DNA of 64,000 nt from an uncultured Acidobacteriota bacterium (GTDB lineage Bacteria; Acidobacteriota; Thermoanaerobaculia; UBA5066; DATFVB01): positions 1 through 64,000 of the forward strand of contig CAWEYG010000005.1 in assembly GCA_963813155.1 (NCBI GenBank), in the 5' to 3' direction. The notes below the pieces were generated by a model. The model was not told where the DNA came from. It searched no databases and worked only from the letters and a program-made list of their open reading frames with translations. The position numbers were made by a program, and so were the translations under genes. Below are positions 29,720 through 39,644 of this stretch, piece by piece. Each line of letters starts with the position of its first letter. Position 1 is the stretch's first letter.

Positions 29720-30553
29720 TTACCAGCGAACCGGGAGCCAGAGATCGGCGATTCCGGCGAGCCCGACCGCGACGGCAACGAAGCCGTTGGCCGTGAAGAA
29801 CGCCGCGTCGAGCCTCGAAAGATCGCCCGGCTTCACGACCGCGTGCTGGTACGCGAGCGCGCCCGCCGCGAGCGCGATCCCCGCCCAGAAGACGACTCCT
29901 CCCGAAACGGCCGCGGCGAAGAGCGCGAGGAAAGCGAGCGTCGCGACGTGAAAAACCCCGGAAACGACGAGCGATTTCCTCGTTCCGAGGCTCGCCGGGA
30001 GCGAGCGGAGCCCCGCCTGCCGGTCGAACGCCTCGTCCTGAACGGCGTAGAGCACGTCGAACCCGGCCGTCCAGAAGAGCACCGCCGCGCAGAGAAGCGC
30101 GGGCGCCGGATCGAGCCGGCCCCGCACCGCGATCCAGGCGCCGAGAGGGGCGATCCCGAGGCACAGGCCGAGCACGAGATGGGACGCGGCCGTGAAACGT
30201 TTCGTGTACGAATAGAGGAAAAGAAGACCGGCCGTCGGGAACGCCAGGCCGAACGCGAGATGGTTGAGCTCGAAAGCGGAAAGAAAGAACAGACCGATTC
30301 CCGCCGCGCACAGGCCGGCCGCGAACGAGAGCGAAAGCCGCCCGGCCGGAAGCGCGCGCGACGCCGTTCTCGGATTACGGCCGTCGATCGCCCGGTCCGC
30401 GATCCGGTTGAAGCACATCGCGGCGGTCCTCGCGCCGACCATCGCTCCCACGATCCACAGAAGCGTCCGGGCCGGAACGGCGCCTTGCGCGGCCCGAAAG
30501 GCGGACAGGAGCGCGAACGGAAGCGCGAAGATCGTGTGCGGAAACCTGATCAT
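29720..30553 (-). CDS. UbiA-like polyprenyltransferase (MqnP-type); start uncertain
   Basis: HTIFALPF, NRIADRAIDGRNPRT, YSYTKRFT, GFDVLYAVQD..FD. Confidence 0.9.
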   Translation of the reverse strand: MIRFPHTIFALPFALLSAFRAAQGAVPARTLLWIVGAMVGARTAAMCFNRIADRAIDGRNPRTASRALPAGRLSLSFAAGLCAAGIGLFFLSAFELNHLAFGLAFPTAGLLFLYSYTKRFTAASHLVLGLCLGIAPLGAWIAVRGRLDPAPALLCAAVLFWTAGFDVLYAVQDEAFDRQAGLRSLPASLGTRKSLVVSGVFHVATLAFLALFAAAVSGGVVFWAGIALAAGALAYQHAVVKPGDLSRLDAAFFTANGFVAVAVGLAGIADLWLPVRW

Positions 30554-30585
30554 CTCCAGCGCTTCGCGAATCGGAGTTCGGCGGG

Positions 30586-31206
30586 CTACGCTTTCCGAGG
30601 TCCCCTCCAAACGAATTCCTCCGGCAGCGCGACGCCGAAGACGCGCGCGATGCGCCAGAAATATGCCTCCATCAGACGGTCGAGCGACGGCGATTCGATG
30701 TAGAAGACGGGCGCCGGCGGCATGACCGTCGCTCCGGCCTCGGACGCCTGCAGCATGTTTCGCAGGTGAATCCGCGAATACGGGCTCTCGCGAAACGCGA
30801 GCACGAGCGGCCGCCGTTCCTTCAGCGTCACGTCCGCGGCCCGCTGAAGGAGTCCCCGGGAAGTCCCGTTCGCGATCGAAGCGAGCGTGCCGGCGCTGCA
30901 CGGGATGACGACCATTCCGGCGGCCGGGTACGAGCCCGAAGCGATCGGCGCCGCAAGGTCCTCGTTCGAATGAAGCGTGATGCGGGCGCGTTCGGCCTTC
31001 TGGAGCCCGAGCAGGTTCACGTAGTCGCCCTCGCTCTCGACCTGCCCGGCCTCCGATCTCGCGACGGAGAGAGCGGAGGCGGAGACGACGAGGTGGATCC
31101 GGGAAAACTCCGGCCGCCGCGCCGCGAGGCGCAGAAACCCCAGCGCGAGGCCGGCGCCCGACGCCCCGGAGACGCCGACGACGATTTCTTTTCCCGGCTC
31201 GGCCAT
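30586..31206 (-). CDS. ubiX: Flavin prenyltransferase
   Basis: GVSGASG, APIASGS, PCS.GTL, RAADVTLKERR, RESP. Confidence 0.95.
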   Translation of the reverse strand: MAEPGKEIVVGVSGASGAGLALGFLRLAARRPEFSRIHLVVSASALSVARSEAGQVESEGDYVNLLGLQKAERARITLHSNEDLAAPIASGSYPAAGMVVIPCSAGTLASIANGTSRGLLQRAADVTLKERRPLVLAFRESPYSRIHLRNMLQASEAGATVMPPAPVFYIESPSLDRLMEAYFWRIARVFGVALPEEFVWRGPRKA

Positions 31207-31249
31207 TTCGGGCTCGGATTATAGACGGCGGCGACAAGAAGCCTTGGCG

Positions 31250-31270
31250 GGTGTCGAAATTTTCGACACC
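31250..31270. promoter_or_regulatory. Perfect palindrome, candidate transcription factor/enhancer site
   Basis: GGTGTCGAAA-T-TTTCGACACC in the ubiX/comEA divergent intergenic region. Confidence 0.6.
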
Positions 31271-31415
31271 TCGTATTTCCACGCCTTTTCGCGGCCCGGG
31301 AGGTCCCTCATCGCCGGGCAGTGACAGGAAAGTCAACACTGAGTTGGAACCCGGCTCGCCGAACATTCACTTGAAACTTACACATTCGAAAAGATTTGCG
31401 ATCTTGTCTCGACTG

Positions 31416-31431
31416 TGGCTCGCCTTTGGCT
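31416..31431 (+). promoter_or_regulatory. Possible sigma54 promoter for comEA
   Basis: TGGCTCGCCTTTGGCT (GG-N10-GC) with an imperfect -12 box. Confidence 0.4.
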
Positions 31432-31543
31432 CTACGCCTCCCCGAACAATTTTTACGGAGGTGCTGATGAACGAATGACCGACGCGAAAAGTTGATGAGG
31501 ACAAAACGGAACCATCCATCCCCTTCCACAGAAAGGAAACGAA

Positions 31544-31936
31544 ATGAACGCAAGGTACCTGGGACTCTCTCTGCTCCTTCTCGGTTTGACGCTCCCGGCC
31601 TCGGCCACTTCGGCCGGAAAAGCCTCGCAGGCGAAAGGCGGATCCGCGTCTTCCGCCGCCATGGCAACCGGGTCGGTCAATCTCAACGCCGCAACGCCGG
31701 AGCAGATCTCGCTGCTGCCGCGCGTCGGCATCAAGGTCGCGCGGAGAATCGTCGACTACCGGAAAACCAACGGCGACTTCAAGCGAATCGAAGACGTCAT
31801 GGAGGTCAAGGGCGTCGGCGAAAAGCTCTTCGTCTCCCTTCGCCCGCACCTGTCGATCTCCGGGCCCACGACGTTGAGCGCGAAGGTCAAGTCGACCGGC
31901 ATCCGCAAGGGCCGCGCGAAACCCGCGAAGGCCTGA
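31544..31936 (+). CDS. comEA: ComEA-family helix-hairpin-helix DNA receptor
   Basis: Signal peptide; VNLNAATPEQI..LPRVG..A.RIVDYR..NGDF....D..EVKGVG. Confidence 0.9.
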   Translation: MNARYLGLSLLLLGLTLPASATSAGKASQAKGGSASSAAMATGSVNLNAATPEQISLLPRVGIKVARRIVDYRKTNGDFKRIEDVMEVKGVGEKLFVSLRPHLSISGPTTLSAKVKSTGIRKGRAKPAKA

Positions 31937-31950
31937 TCCCTTCCACCCGG

Positions 31951-31979
31951 GGGGAGCCGAAAGGCTCCCCTCCTTTTTT
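31951..31979 (+). terminator. Rho-independent terminator
   Basis: GGGGAGCC-GAAA-GGCTCCCC then TCCTTTTTT. Confidence 0.8.
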
Positions 31980-31991
31980 CCGGAGGATTCG

Positions 31992-32573
31992 ATGAAGCCG
32001 CACGGATATTCGTTCGCCGAGACTCTCGTCGTCTCCGCTTTGTTGCTCTCGGGAACACTCATGGCGATCCCGCTTGCCGACGGCGCGCTCGCGGGATCGC
32101 GAATCCGAAGCGCGGGCCACGAAGCGATGATCGCGTTCTCCGTCGCGCGGCTGAGCGCCATACGCTCGGGGCGCAACACGGCCGTGCGTTTCGAGCCCGA
32201 GGCGTCGGGCTTTCGAATGACTCTCTACGGCGACGGCAACGGAAACGGAGTTCGCACCGCGGAGATCGGCAAGGGGATCGACCGGCCCGTTCGCACGGTC
32301 TTCTGGGATCGGGGAGACGTGACGATCGGCATTCTCCAGAACGTCCGGGTGCCGGATCCCTCCGACCCTTCCCGGGCCCTCGCGAACACCTCCGACCCGG
32401 TCCGGTTCAACGACAGCAACCTCTGTTCGTTCTCGCCGCTCGGCGAATGCACTCCGGGCTCGCTCTACCTGACGGATCGAAAACGCCGGATGGCGGTCGT
32501 TCGCGTCGACAGCCGGAACGGGAAGATCCGCGTCCTCTACTTCACGGCCGGAGATCGCCGATGGGAATCGTGA
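31992..32573 (+). CDS. GspH/FimT-like minor pilin
   Basis: Prepilin site G|YSFAE plus hydrophobic helix; ARLSAIR, DGNGNG, FSPLG, GSLYL. Confidence 0.8.
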   Translation: MKPHGYSFAETLVVSALLLSGTLMAIPLADGALAGSRIRSAGHEAMIAFSVARLSAIRSGRNTAVRFEPEASGFRMTLYGDGNGNGVRTAEIGKGIDRPVRTVFWDRGDVTIGILQNVRVPDPSDPSRALANTSDPVRFNDSNLCSFSPLGECTPGSLYLTDRKRRMAVVRVDSRNGKIRVLYFTAGDRRWES

Positions 32574-33541
32574 AGCGGGATTTCCCGGACCTCTCCGGAA
32601 GGCCCGGGCCACAGGAACGAATCGCGAAATTCCCTGCCGGCGGGGAGGCTCACCGGCCCGATGACGCAACGCGCGGCGGCGGTCCCGCGCCCCGCCTCGG
32701 CGCCGTTCCACAGGACGCACTCCTCGAGCCGGGAGGCGGCGTCGAGCCTCGCGCGGCCGACGACGGATCGGCGGAGAACTCCCGAGGGGACGGGCTCGAC
32801 CGTCAAATTCTGATCGTTCTCGTCGAAGAGGCCCTCGCGCGGCTCGAACTCCTTCCTCGACGCGAGCGCGCCGAGCGAGGCGGCGAGCAGATCTCCCGGC
32901 GTCCCGAGGTCGAAAAACGCTCCCCGGTGGCGCGCGACACGGATCGGCTCGTTTTTCGAGAGGAGGGGTCGCCACAGATCGTCGACGAGAGAGCGGAACC
33001 CGGGCTCGATTCGCGAGAGCGCGCCGGGAGCGTGAAGGGAAACCCCGGTGAAAAGCAGGGGGTCGCTCCCGTTTCCGCCGATCGAAACGAGCCGGTCTCC
33101 CTCCGCGAAGAGCGGAGTGAACCGCGAGGGGTCGGGGTTCGGGACGACGAGAAGCGTCGCCGACGCCGCACCCGCCCGGTGCACGTCCTCCAGGAGGCGG
33201 ATCTCGGGGTCGAGCTCCGCGTCCACGTTCCACGTCAGGAAATCGTCCTCGCCGAGAAATCCCCCGGCGTTCCGGAGCGCGCCGGCCGTGCCGAGGATCT
33301 CGGGCTCCCAGAAGAAGCGCAGAGCCGTGCCCTCGCCGCCGCTTTCGTCGAGGTGCTCGACGATCTGGCGGCCTTCATGGTGGAGGTTGACCGCAATCTC
33401 CGAGATGCCGGCGACGCGCAGGCGGGCGAGCCGGCGGTCGATCAGCGGAACGTTCAGGTGGGGCAGCAGGGCCTTGGGCCTGTCGTCGGTGGCCGGCCGG
33501 AATCGTGTGCCGAAACCCGCGGCCAGGACGATCGCCCTCAT
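32537..33541 (-). CDS. NDP-sugar pyrophosphorylase / nucleotidyltransferase
   Basis: AIVLAAGFGTRFRPATDDRPKALLP, NLHH, EILGTAG, DLGTP. Confidence 0.9.
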   Translation of the reverse strand: MRAIVLAAGFGTRFRPATDDRPKALLPHLNVPLIDRRLARLRVAGISEIAVNLHHEGRQIVEHLDESGGEGTALRFFWEPEILGTAGALRNAGGFLGEDDFLTWNVDAELDPEIRLLEDVHRAGAASATLLVVPNPDPSRFTPLFAEGDRLVSIGGNGSDPLLFTGVSLHAPGALSRIEPGFRSLVDDLWRPLLSKNEPIRVARHRGAFFDLGTPGDLLAASLGALASRKEFEPREGLFDENDQNLTVEPVPSGVLRRSVVGRARLDAASRLEECVLWNGAEAGRGTAAARCVIGPVSLPAGREFRDSFLWPGPSGEVREIPLHDSHRRSPAVK

Positions 33542-34098
33542 CGGGAGAAGAGCATGTCGGGCGGAAGCCCGGGCTCCTTCTGCCGCGCCCGGGCGTAGAG
33601 GCCCGCGTAGGAGTTTCGTTCCGCCTCCGCCGCGCTCAGGCCGAGGCGTTCGAGCGCTCGGGGAATCTCGTCGGCATTGCCCTCGACCTCGACGAAGAAG
33701 CCGATCGGCGTCTCGTCGAGGCACACCGTGCAACCGAGAAGCTCGAGCTCCTGGCGCCTCTTCTGGTAGCGAAACCGCGGAACGAATCCGAGCCGGGCCA
33801 GGATCGCGCGAAGCGTTTCCGGTTTTTCGACCTCGGTCTCCAACTCTTCCCGAACTTTCAAAGCTCCGTCAAAGCGCGCCTCTCCCTTGAACGTCAGGAT
33901 TCCCCGACCCCCCGCGATGCGCAGCCGGAGGGCGCAGCCCGCGCGCGCGAGCCCTCCGTTCGCGTCGTCGTAGAGAGTGTTGTCCTCCTCGTGGAGAGCG
34001 CGGAACTCGACCGCGCCCGCTTCGCGAAGCCTCGCGCGAAGCGGCTCGAGATCGGCGACGGGAATCTTGATTTCGGTTTCGGTGCCGGACGCGTTCAC
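33538..34098 (-). CDS. CYTH domain protein (class IV adenylate cyclase-like)
   Basis: ETEIK (ExExK), LRLR, LTFKG, REELE, YQKRR, LDETPIGFFVEVE. Confidence 0.9.
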   Translation of the reverse strand: MNASGTETEIKIPVADLEPLRARLREAGAVEFRALHEEDNTLYDDANGGLARAGCALRLRIAGGRGILTFKGEARFDGALKVREELETEVEKPETLRAILARLGFVPRFRYQKRRQELELLGCTVCLDETPIGFFVEVEGNADEIPRALERLGLSAAEAERNSYAGLYARARQKEPGLPPDMLFSR

Positions 34099-34541
34099 GG
34101 CAGGAGGCGCTGCGCGATTTCCTGGGCCTTGCGGCCGTCCACCCGGCCCTTGTAGCGAACCATGAGCTCTTTCATCACGGCGCCGACTTCTTTCTTCGAG
34201 GTGAGGCTGCGGTCCGAAATGATCGTCTTGACGGCGCTTTCCAGATCCGCGTCCGTCAATCCCTGGGGAAGGTACGCCTCGAGGATCGCAAGCTCCGCCG
34301 TCTCGGCGGCGACGAGATCCTCCCGGCCGCCCCGGCCGTACTGCTCGATCGAATCCTTCCGCTGCTTCGCCCCGCGGCGGATCACGGCCTCGATCTCTTC
34401 GTCGGTCAGGTCGCGATGAGCCTGGATCTTTTCGTTCTTCAGGGCCGAGAGCAGCAGCCGGATCGTCGAGACGCGGGGCTTGTCGCCCGCTTTCATCGCG
34501 GTCTTCAGATCGGCTTCGATCGTCTTGAGCATTTCCGTCAC
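34095..34541 (-). CDS. GatB/YqeY domain protein
   Basis: DLKTAMKAGDK, KQRKDSIEQY..GGREDL...E..EL..L.AYLP, G.VM. Confidence 0.93.
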   Translation of the reverse strand: MTEMLKTIEADLKTAMKAGDKPRVSTIRLLLSALKNEKIQAHRDLTDEEIEAVIRRGAKQRKDSIEQYGRGGREDLVAAETAELAILEAYLPQGLTDADLESAVKTIISDRSLTSKKEVGAVMKELMVRYKGRVDGRKAQEIAQRLLP

Positions 34542-34629
34542 GCAAGAAGGCTATCGCACCGAACCCACCCCCACAAGCCGTCTTCATCCCGGCGCCCGCG
34601 GACGTGAGATAACTACGGCCGGAGGAAAG

Positions 34630-36498
34630 TTGCGCCGCTACATCATCGGAACCGCCGGGCACATCGATCACGGCAAGACCGCACTCGTTCGGGCTCTGAC
34701 CGGAATCGACGCGGATCGGCTGCCCGAAGAAAAGTCGCGGGGAATCACGATCGACCTCGGCTTCGCCCATCTGGAGGAAGGGGACGCGCGAATCGGCTTC
34801 GTGGACGCGCCCGGCCACGAGCGATTCGTCCGGAACATGCTCGCGGGCGCCGGCGGGCTCGACGCGATCCTTCTCGTCGTCGCCGCCGACGAGGGCGTCA
34901 AGCCGCAGACGCGGGAACATTTCGCGATCGCGCGCCTGCTCGGGCTCTCCCGGGGCCTCGTCGCGCTGACAAAGGTGGACCGCGTCGCGCCCGAGCTCCG
35001 CGAGGTCGTCAGCCTGGAAGTCCGGGAGTTTCTCGCCGGCTCGTTTCTCGAGAGCGCCCCGATTCTCCCGGTCTCGTCGCGGACCGGCGAAGGGCTCGAC
35101 GAATTGCGGCGCGTGCTTCTCGACATCGCCGTCGCCGGACAGCGCGAACGCGAGGAGCGCCCCCTTCGGCTTCCGATCGATCGCGCGTTCTCCATCGCGG
35201 GTTTCGGCTCCGTCGTGACGGGCAGCCTCGTGAGCGGAAGCGTGGCGGCCGAGCAGAGGGTGGAGATTCTGCCGGAGGGCGCCCCCGCCCGCGTGCGGCG
35301 CGTCGAGGTCCACGGCCGCGAAGTCCCGCGCGCCCAGGCCGGAGAGCGGACGAGCGTGAATCTCGCCGGGGTCGAGCTCGCGTCGCTTCGGCGGGGCCAG
35401 ACCGTCGCGACCCCGGGATCGATGCGCCCTTCGCGACGCCTCCTCGTCCGGCTGGAGCTGCTCGCCGACGCCCAGGGGTTGAAGAGCGGGGCAACCGTGA
35501 CGCTTCACCACTTCGCCTCGGAAGCGGCCGCGCGCGTCCGGCTCCCGGACCGCGACTTTCTCGACCCGGGAAAGAGCGCTCCGGCGCTTTTGACTCTCTC
35601 GGTTCCCGCCGCGGCGGCGGTCGGAGACCGTTTCGTCCTTCGGCGGCCTTCGCCTCCGGCAACGATCGGCGGAGGAGAGGTTCTCGACGCGGAGCCGCCG
35701 CGCCGGCTCGCGCCCGAAGACCTCGATGTGTTTCAGGCGGGCGGGGCGCGCGAAAGGCTGATGCGCCGGATCGTCCGACGCGCCGAGGGCGCCTCGCTCG
35801 ACGACCTCTCGCGGCAGGAGTGGCTCAAACCCGAAGAGGTCCGGAATCTTCTGGAATCCCCGGAAAAATCGGGCGATCTCGTCGCGCTTTCGGGCGGCCG
35901 GCTCTACCTTTCCGCGGCGCGGCTCGCCGAGCTCGGAACGCAGATTCGCGCGCTCGTTCAAAAGGAGCTTCGCGACCGGCCCGGCGCCACCGGCGCCCCG
36001 AGAGCGGTCGTCTTCGAAAAGCTGTTTTCCCACTTCGATCCGAAGCTCGCGGAAGAGGCGCTCGGGCGCCTCGCGGCCGGGAGGACGATCGAGGTCCGCG
36101 GAGAGGAGGTCCGCATGCCGGGGGGCGGGGCCCTCGCCGCCGGAGATCAGAAGCTCGCGGACAAGATCGCATCGAGATTCGACGAGGGGGGCCTGGAGCC
36201 TCCCTCTCCCGGCGAGATCGTGCAGGCTTTCGGGGCAAAGCAGAAAATCGTCGAGGGGCTCATCGCGTTCCTCGCCAAGGAGAAAAGGCTCGCGAAGCTT
36301 CCCGGAGGTTTCTACATCTCCCAGAAAGCCGTGGACGAAGCGATCGCGCGGCTGCGAGCAACGGGCTGGAAATCGTTCTCGGTCCCGGAGTTCAAGGAGA
36401 AGTTCGGTCTGACGCGCCGAATCGCGATCCCGCTGCTCGAGCACTTCGACGAAAGGAAAATCACGCGACGGACGGGAGATCGGCGGGAATTGGTTTAG
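34630..36498 (+). CDS. selB: Selenocysteine-specific elongation factor
   Basis: [39 protein letters not shown]-terminal winged helix AIPLLEHFD; GGAGG RBS before TTG. Confidence 0.95.
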   Translation: MRRYIIGTAGHIDHGKTALVRALTGIDADRLPEEKSRGITIDLGFAHLEEGDARIGFVDAPGHERFVRNMLAGAGGLDAILLVVAADEGVKPQTREHFAIARLLGLSRGLVALTKVDRVAPELREVVSLEVREFLAGSFLESAPILPVSSRTGEGLDELRRVLLDIAVAGQREREERPLRLPIDRAFSIAGFGSVVTGSLVSGSVAAEQRVEILPEGAPARVRRVEVHGREVPRAQAGERTSVNLAGVELASLRRGQTVATPGSMRPSRRLLVRLELLADAQGLKSGATVTLHHFASEAAARVRLPDRDFLDPGKSAPALLTLSVPAAAAVGDRFVLRRPSPPATIGGGEVLDAEPPRRLAPEDLDVFQAGGARERLMRRIVRRAEGASLDDLSRQEWLKPEEVRNLLESPEKSGDLVALSGGRLYLSAARLAELGTQIRALVQKELRDRPGATGAPRAVVFEKLFSHFDPKLAEEALGRLAAGRTIEVRGEEVRMPGGGALAAGDQKLADKIASRFDEGGLEPPSPGEIVQAFGAKQKIVEGLIAFLAKEKRLAKLPGGFYISQKAVDEAIARLRATGWKSFSVPEFKEKFGLTRRIAIPLLEHFDERKITRRTGDRRELV

Positions 36499-36515
36499 GA
36501 CCGTCCCCGGGGTGT

Positions 36516-37286
36516 CTACCTCCGGTAGGCCTCCGGCCGGACGTCCGCGAGGACCGGAAAGTGCTCGCGCCCTCGCCGGACCCTTTCCACTTCGATTTCG
36601 CCGACCAGCACGGCTTCCTCGTCCCCCGCTTCGGCGATCGCTTCCCCGAGCGGGTCGATCAAGGCCGAGTCGCCCGCGTAGTGGAGTTTTCCCCCGTCGC
36701 CCACGCGGTTGACTCCGGCAACGAAGGCCTGGTTTTCGATCGCCCGGGCCCGCAGCAGCGTGCGCCAGTGCTCTCGGCGAGGTTCCGGCCAGTTTGCGAC
36801 GACGACGAAGAGGTCCGTGCCGGCGGCCGCGACGCGGAACGGCTCGGGAAACCGAAGGTCGTAGCAGATGAACGGCGTGACGCGAACGCCGTCGATCTCG
36901 ACGGTCACGATCCGATCCCCCGGCGCGTAGTGGCGGTGCTCGCCCGCGTAGGTGAATGGATGGATCTTCGAGTACCGCTGGACGCCCCCGTCCGGTGAAA
37001 CGATCAGCGCCGTGTTCCGCGGGGCCGGCTCCCCCGCCTCGGCGATCGAGCCGATGACCCACAGGCCAAGAGCGCTGGCTTGCCGCTTCAGAAACGCTTC
37101 GGTCGATCCGCCGGGGGACTGCGCGATCCGGGCCGCGTCCATCGAGAAGCCGGTGCAGAACATCTCGGGCAGAATCGCGAGCCGGGCCCCGAGACCGGCA
37201 GCCTCTTCGAGCCGTTTCGCGACTCGGCGGTGATTTTCCGCCGCGTCCTCCCACGCGATGTCGAATTGGACGAGACCGACCTTCAC
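36516..37286 (-). CDS. Carbon-nitrogen hydrolase (omega-amidase, YafV/MtnU-like)
   Basis: LPEMF, YSKIHPF, ICYDLRFPE (E-K-C triad), ANWP, ARAIENQ. Confidence 0.92.
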   Translation of the reverse strand: MKVGLVQFDIAWEDAAENHRRVAKRLEEAAGLGARLAILPEMFCTGFSMDAARIAQSPGGSTEAFLKRQASALGLWVIGSIAEAGEPAPRNTALIVSPDGGVQRYSKIHPFTYAGEHRHYAPGDRIVTVEIDGVRVTPFICYDLRFPEPFRVAAAGTDLFVVVANWPEPRREHWRTLLRARAIENQAFVAGVNRVGDGGKLHYAGDSALIDPLGEAIAEAGDEEAVLVGEIEVERVRRGREHFPVLADVRPEAYRR

Positions 37287-38434
37287 ATCTTTTCCAGCCG
37301 GGACACCGCTTCGGCCAGGGTTTCGTCTTTCTTGCAAAACGCGAACCGGGCGTAGCGCTTTCCCTCATCCGACTTGCCGTAGAACGACGTCGGCGGCAGC
37401 GCCGCGACGCCGACGTTTTCGGTCAAATGCCGGCAAAACGCGACGTCGTCGTCGAATCCGAAGTTCGAGAATCCCGCGCAGACGAAGTACGTCCCCGCGC
37501 ACGGACTGACCTGGAACCCGAGCCGCGAAAGTGCCGACGCGAGAAAGTCGCGCTTGCGCCGGTACGACTCGCGGAGCTCCGTGTAGTAGGAGGACGGCGC
37601 GTCGAACGCCGCGGCCGCCGCGTACTGCAGCGGCGTCGCCGTCGCGAACGTGATGAACTGGTGCGCCGCGCGCACGGCGGCCGACAGCGGCGGTGGCGCC
37701 GCCGCCCATCCGATCTTCCACCCGGTCAGCGAAAAGGTCTTTCCGAAGCTCGAAATCGTGATCGTTCGCTCGCGCATGCCGGGAAGCGAGGCGATCGGCG
37801 TGTGCCGGCCTTCGTAGACGAGGTGCTCGTAGACCTCGTCGGTCACGCAGATCACGTCTCGCTCGACGCAGAGACGGCCGATTTCCGCGAGCTCCTCGCC
37901 GGAGAACACCTTGCCGGTCGGGTTGTGGGGCGTGTTGAGAACGATCGCGCGGGTCTTCGGCGTGAACGCCGCTTCGAGCTCTTTCGGGTCGAACCGCCAG
38001 TCGGGCGAGTGAAGCGTGACGAATCGCGCGGCCGCTCCCGCCATCGACACGCTCGCCCGGTACGAGTCGTAGAACGGCTCGAACAGGATCACTTCGTCGC
38101 CCGCGTCGCAGATGCCCTGGATCGCCCCGAAAATCGCCTCCGTCGCGCCGGAAGTCACGGTGATCTCCGAATCGGGTGCGTATTCGAGCCTGTAGTCCCG
38201 GAGGTACTTTGCCGAAAGCTGCCGGTGGAGCTCGGAGATACCGGTGACGCGTGCGTACTGGCCGTGGCCGGCCCGGATCGCGGCGATCGCCGCTTCTTTC
38301 GCGAACTCCGGCCCGTCGAAATCGGGAAAACCCTGGGCGAGGTTGATCGCGCGGTGCTCGATCGCGAGCCGGGTCATCTCGGAAAAGATCGTCGTGCCGA
38401 AGCCTTCCAGCTTGCGCGAGAGAACGCGGCGCAT
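37283..38434 (-). CDS. Class I PLP aminotransferase (YbdL/methionine-glutamine transaminase-like)
   Basis: TTIFSEMT, INLAQGFPDF, NTPHNPTG, DEVYEH, SFGKTFSLTGWKIG, RFAFCK. Confidence 0.92.
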   Translation of the reverse strand: MRRVLSRKLEGFGTTIFSEMTRLAIEHRAINLAQGFPDFDGPEFAKEAAIAAIRAGHGQYARVTGISELHRQLSAKYLRDYRLEYAPDSEITVTSGATEAIFGAIQGICDAGDEVILFEPFYDSYRASVSMAGAAARFVTLHSPDWRFDPKELEAAFTPKTRAIVLNTPHNPTGKVFSGEELAEIGRLCVERDVICVTDEVYEHLVYEGRHTPIASLPGMRERTITISSFGKTFSLTGWKIGWAAAPPPLSAAVRAAHQFITFATATPLQYAAAAAFDAPSSYYTELRESYRRKRDFLASALSRLGFQVSPCAGTYFVCAGFSNFGFDDDVAFCRHLTENVGVAALPPTSFYGKSDEGKRYARFAFCKKDETLAEAVSRLEKM

Positions 38435-38447
38435 GGGAGCGATCATA

Positions 38448-38867
38448 TTACCGGCGGATCACGAGGACGAGTCCGGCGAGGCAGAGCAGGAGGCCGACGA
38501 CGTTGACCGCCGAGAGACGCTCGCGGTAGAGCAGGATCCCGATCGGAATCAGGACGACCGCGATCGCGGCGCTCGCCATTGCGGAGGCGATGCTGATATT
38601 CCATCCCGCCCGATAAACGAGCAGGAACCCGAATTCGATCGCGACGGCCGAAACGCCGACCCCGACGCTCGCCCAGTTGAGCTGCCGCGCGGACTCGCGG
38701 ACCGGTTGCGAGGAGAGGAACGGATAAAGCGCGGCGGAAAGGGCAAGCGCGACGACGTAGCTCACCGTCACCGAGAAAGCGGGGTTGAGGCCCTTCGGGA
38801 TCGACTTCTGGGACAGGTGATACAGGATGTTCCCCGCGATCACGAGAAAGAACGAGAAGTAGTACAT
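38448..38867 (-). CDS. Single-domain EamA/DMT transporter
   Basis: 5 TM helices; YHLSQKSIP, E.GFLLVYRAGW, ERLS...VVGLLLCLAGL. Confidence 0.85.
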   Translation of the reverse strand: MYYFSFFLVIAGNILYHLSQKSIPKGLNPAFSVTVSYVVALALSAALYPFLSSQPVRESARQLNWASVGVGVSAVAIEFGFLLVYRAGWNISIASAMASAAIAVVLIPIGILLYRERLSAVNVVGLLLCLAGLVLVIRR

Positions 38868-38912
38868 CGGTTCATCCTAGCTCTCTCGGGCGAGATTTTT
38901 CACGCGCCCGCA

Positions 38913-38987
38913 TTACCAGTATAGTCACTTTTACAGGTTATCCGCGGTTCGGCCTGACTTACCATCTAGATCGCAATTACAGGTTAT
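38913..38987. promoter_or_regulatory. Tandem operator-like sites TTACCA-N12-TTACAGGTTAT
   Basis: Copies at 38913-38941 and 38959-38987, 46 bp apart; each is an imperfect inverted repeat TTACC-N18-GGTTA. Confidence 0.7.
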
Positions 38988-38996
38988 AATCATGAA

Positions 38997-39644
38997 ATGA
39001 CAAAGGCGTCTCATTTCCAATGGGTTGGAGGCGAACTCTGTCTGGATTTCAACAACACCGTTTCCTGGAACGAGGGCAGCCCGACCGACGAGAGACTTCA
39101 GGTTCCCGAAGATCTTCTCCGGTGGGGGAAGGAAGCGGGAGTCTCGCCCGCTTCGGAGCGGAGAGTCGATTCCCCGCGCTCGCTCGATGACGCCCACGCT
39201 CTTCGCGGAGCGCTCCATCTGATCTTCTCGCCGCTGTCTCGCTGGCATGCCCCGGTTCCGGAGAGCCTCGAGGAATTCAACCGCTACCTCGCCCGCGCGC
39301 TGTCGGGCGTCCGCCTTTCGCGAGGAAAGGGCGTCTTCGTGTGGGATTTCTCCGCCTCTGCCCGCGAGCTCGATCCGGTTCTCGCCGCCGTGGCCTGGTC
39401 GGCCGCCGGGTTACTGGCCTCGCCCGATCTCCGGCTCCTGCGCGAGTGCGCAAGTCCCGAATGCGGCTGGCTCTTCGTGGACCGGAGCCGCAGAAAGAAC
39501 CGCCGCTGGTGCGAAATGCGCGAGTGCGGAAACCGTGCGAAGGCCCGCCGTTACTACCGCCGGCACCGTGCCGCGTCCGACCGAGGGGAAGAATCCCCTC
39601 GAGCTCCCCTCGGAAGAAGCCTTGGGAGAGAATCTCCGCGATGA
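38997..39644 (+). CDS. ABATE / CGNR zinc-finger putative transcription regulator
   Basis: GGELCLDFNNT; CASPECGWLFVDRSRRKNRRWCEMRECGNRAKARR. Confidence 0.93.
   Translation: MTKASHFQWVGGELCLDFNNTVSWNEGSPTDERLQVPEDLLRWGKEAGVSPASERRVDSPRSLDDAHALRGALHLIFSPLSRWHAPVPESLEEFNRYLARALSGVRLSRGKGVFVWDFSASARELDPVLAAVAWSAAGLLASPDLRLLRECASPECGWLFVDRSRRKNRRWCEMRECGNRAKARRYYRRHRAASDRGEESPRAPLGRSLGRESPR

Noticed and set aside
34099-37368. 1276-aa ORF as a giant CYTH fusion
   Set aside because: Only the last ~186 codons are CYTH; the rest overlaps yqeY, selB and the nitrilase in other frames or strands.
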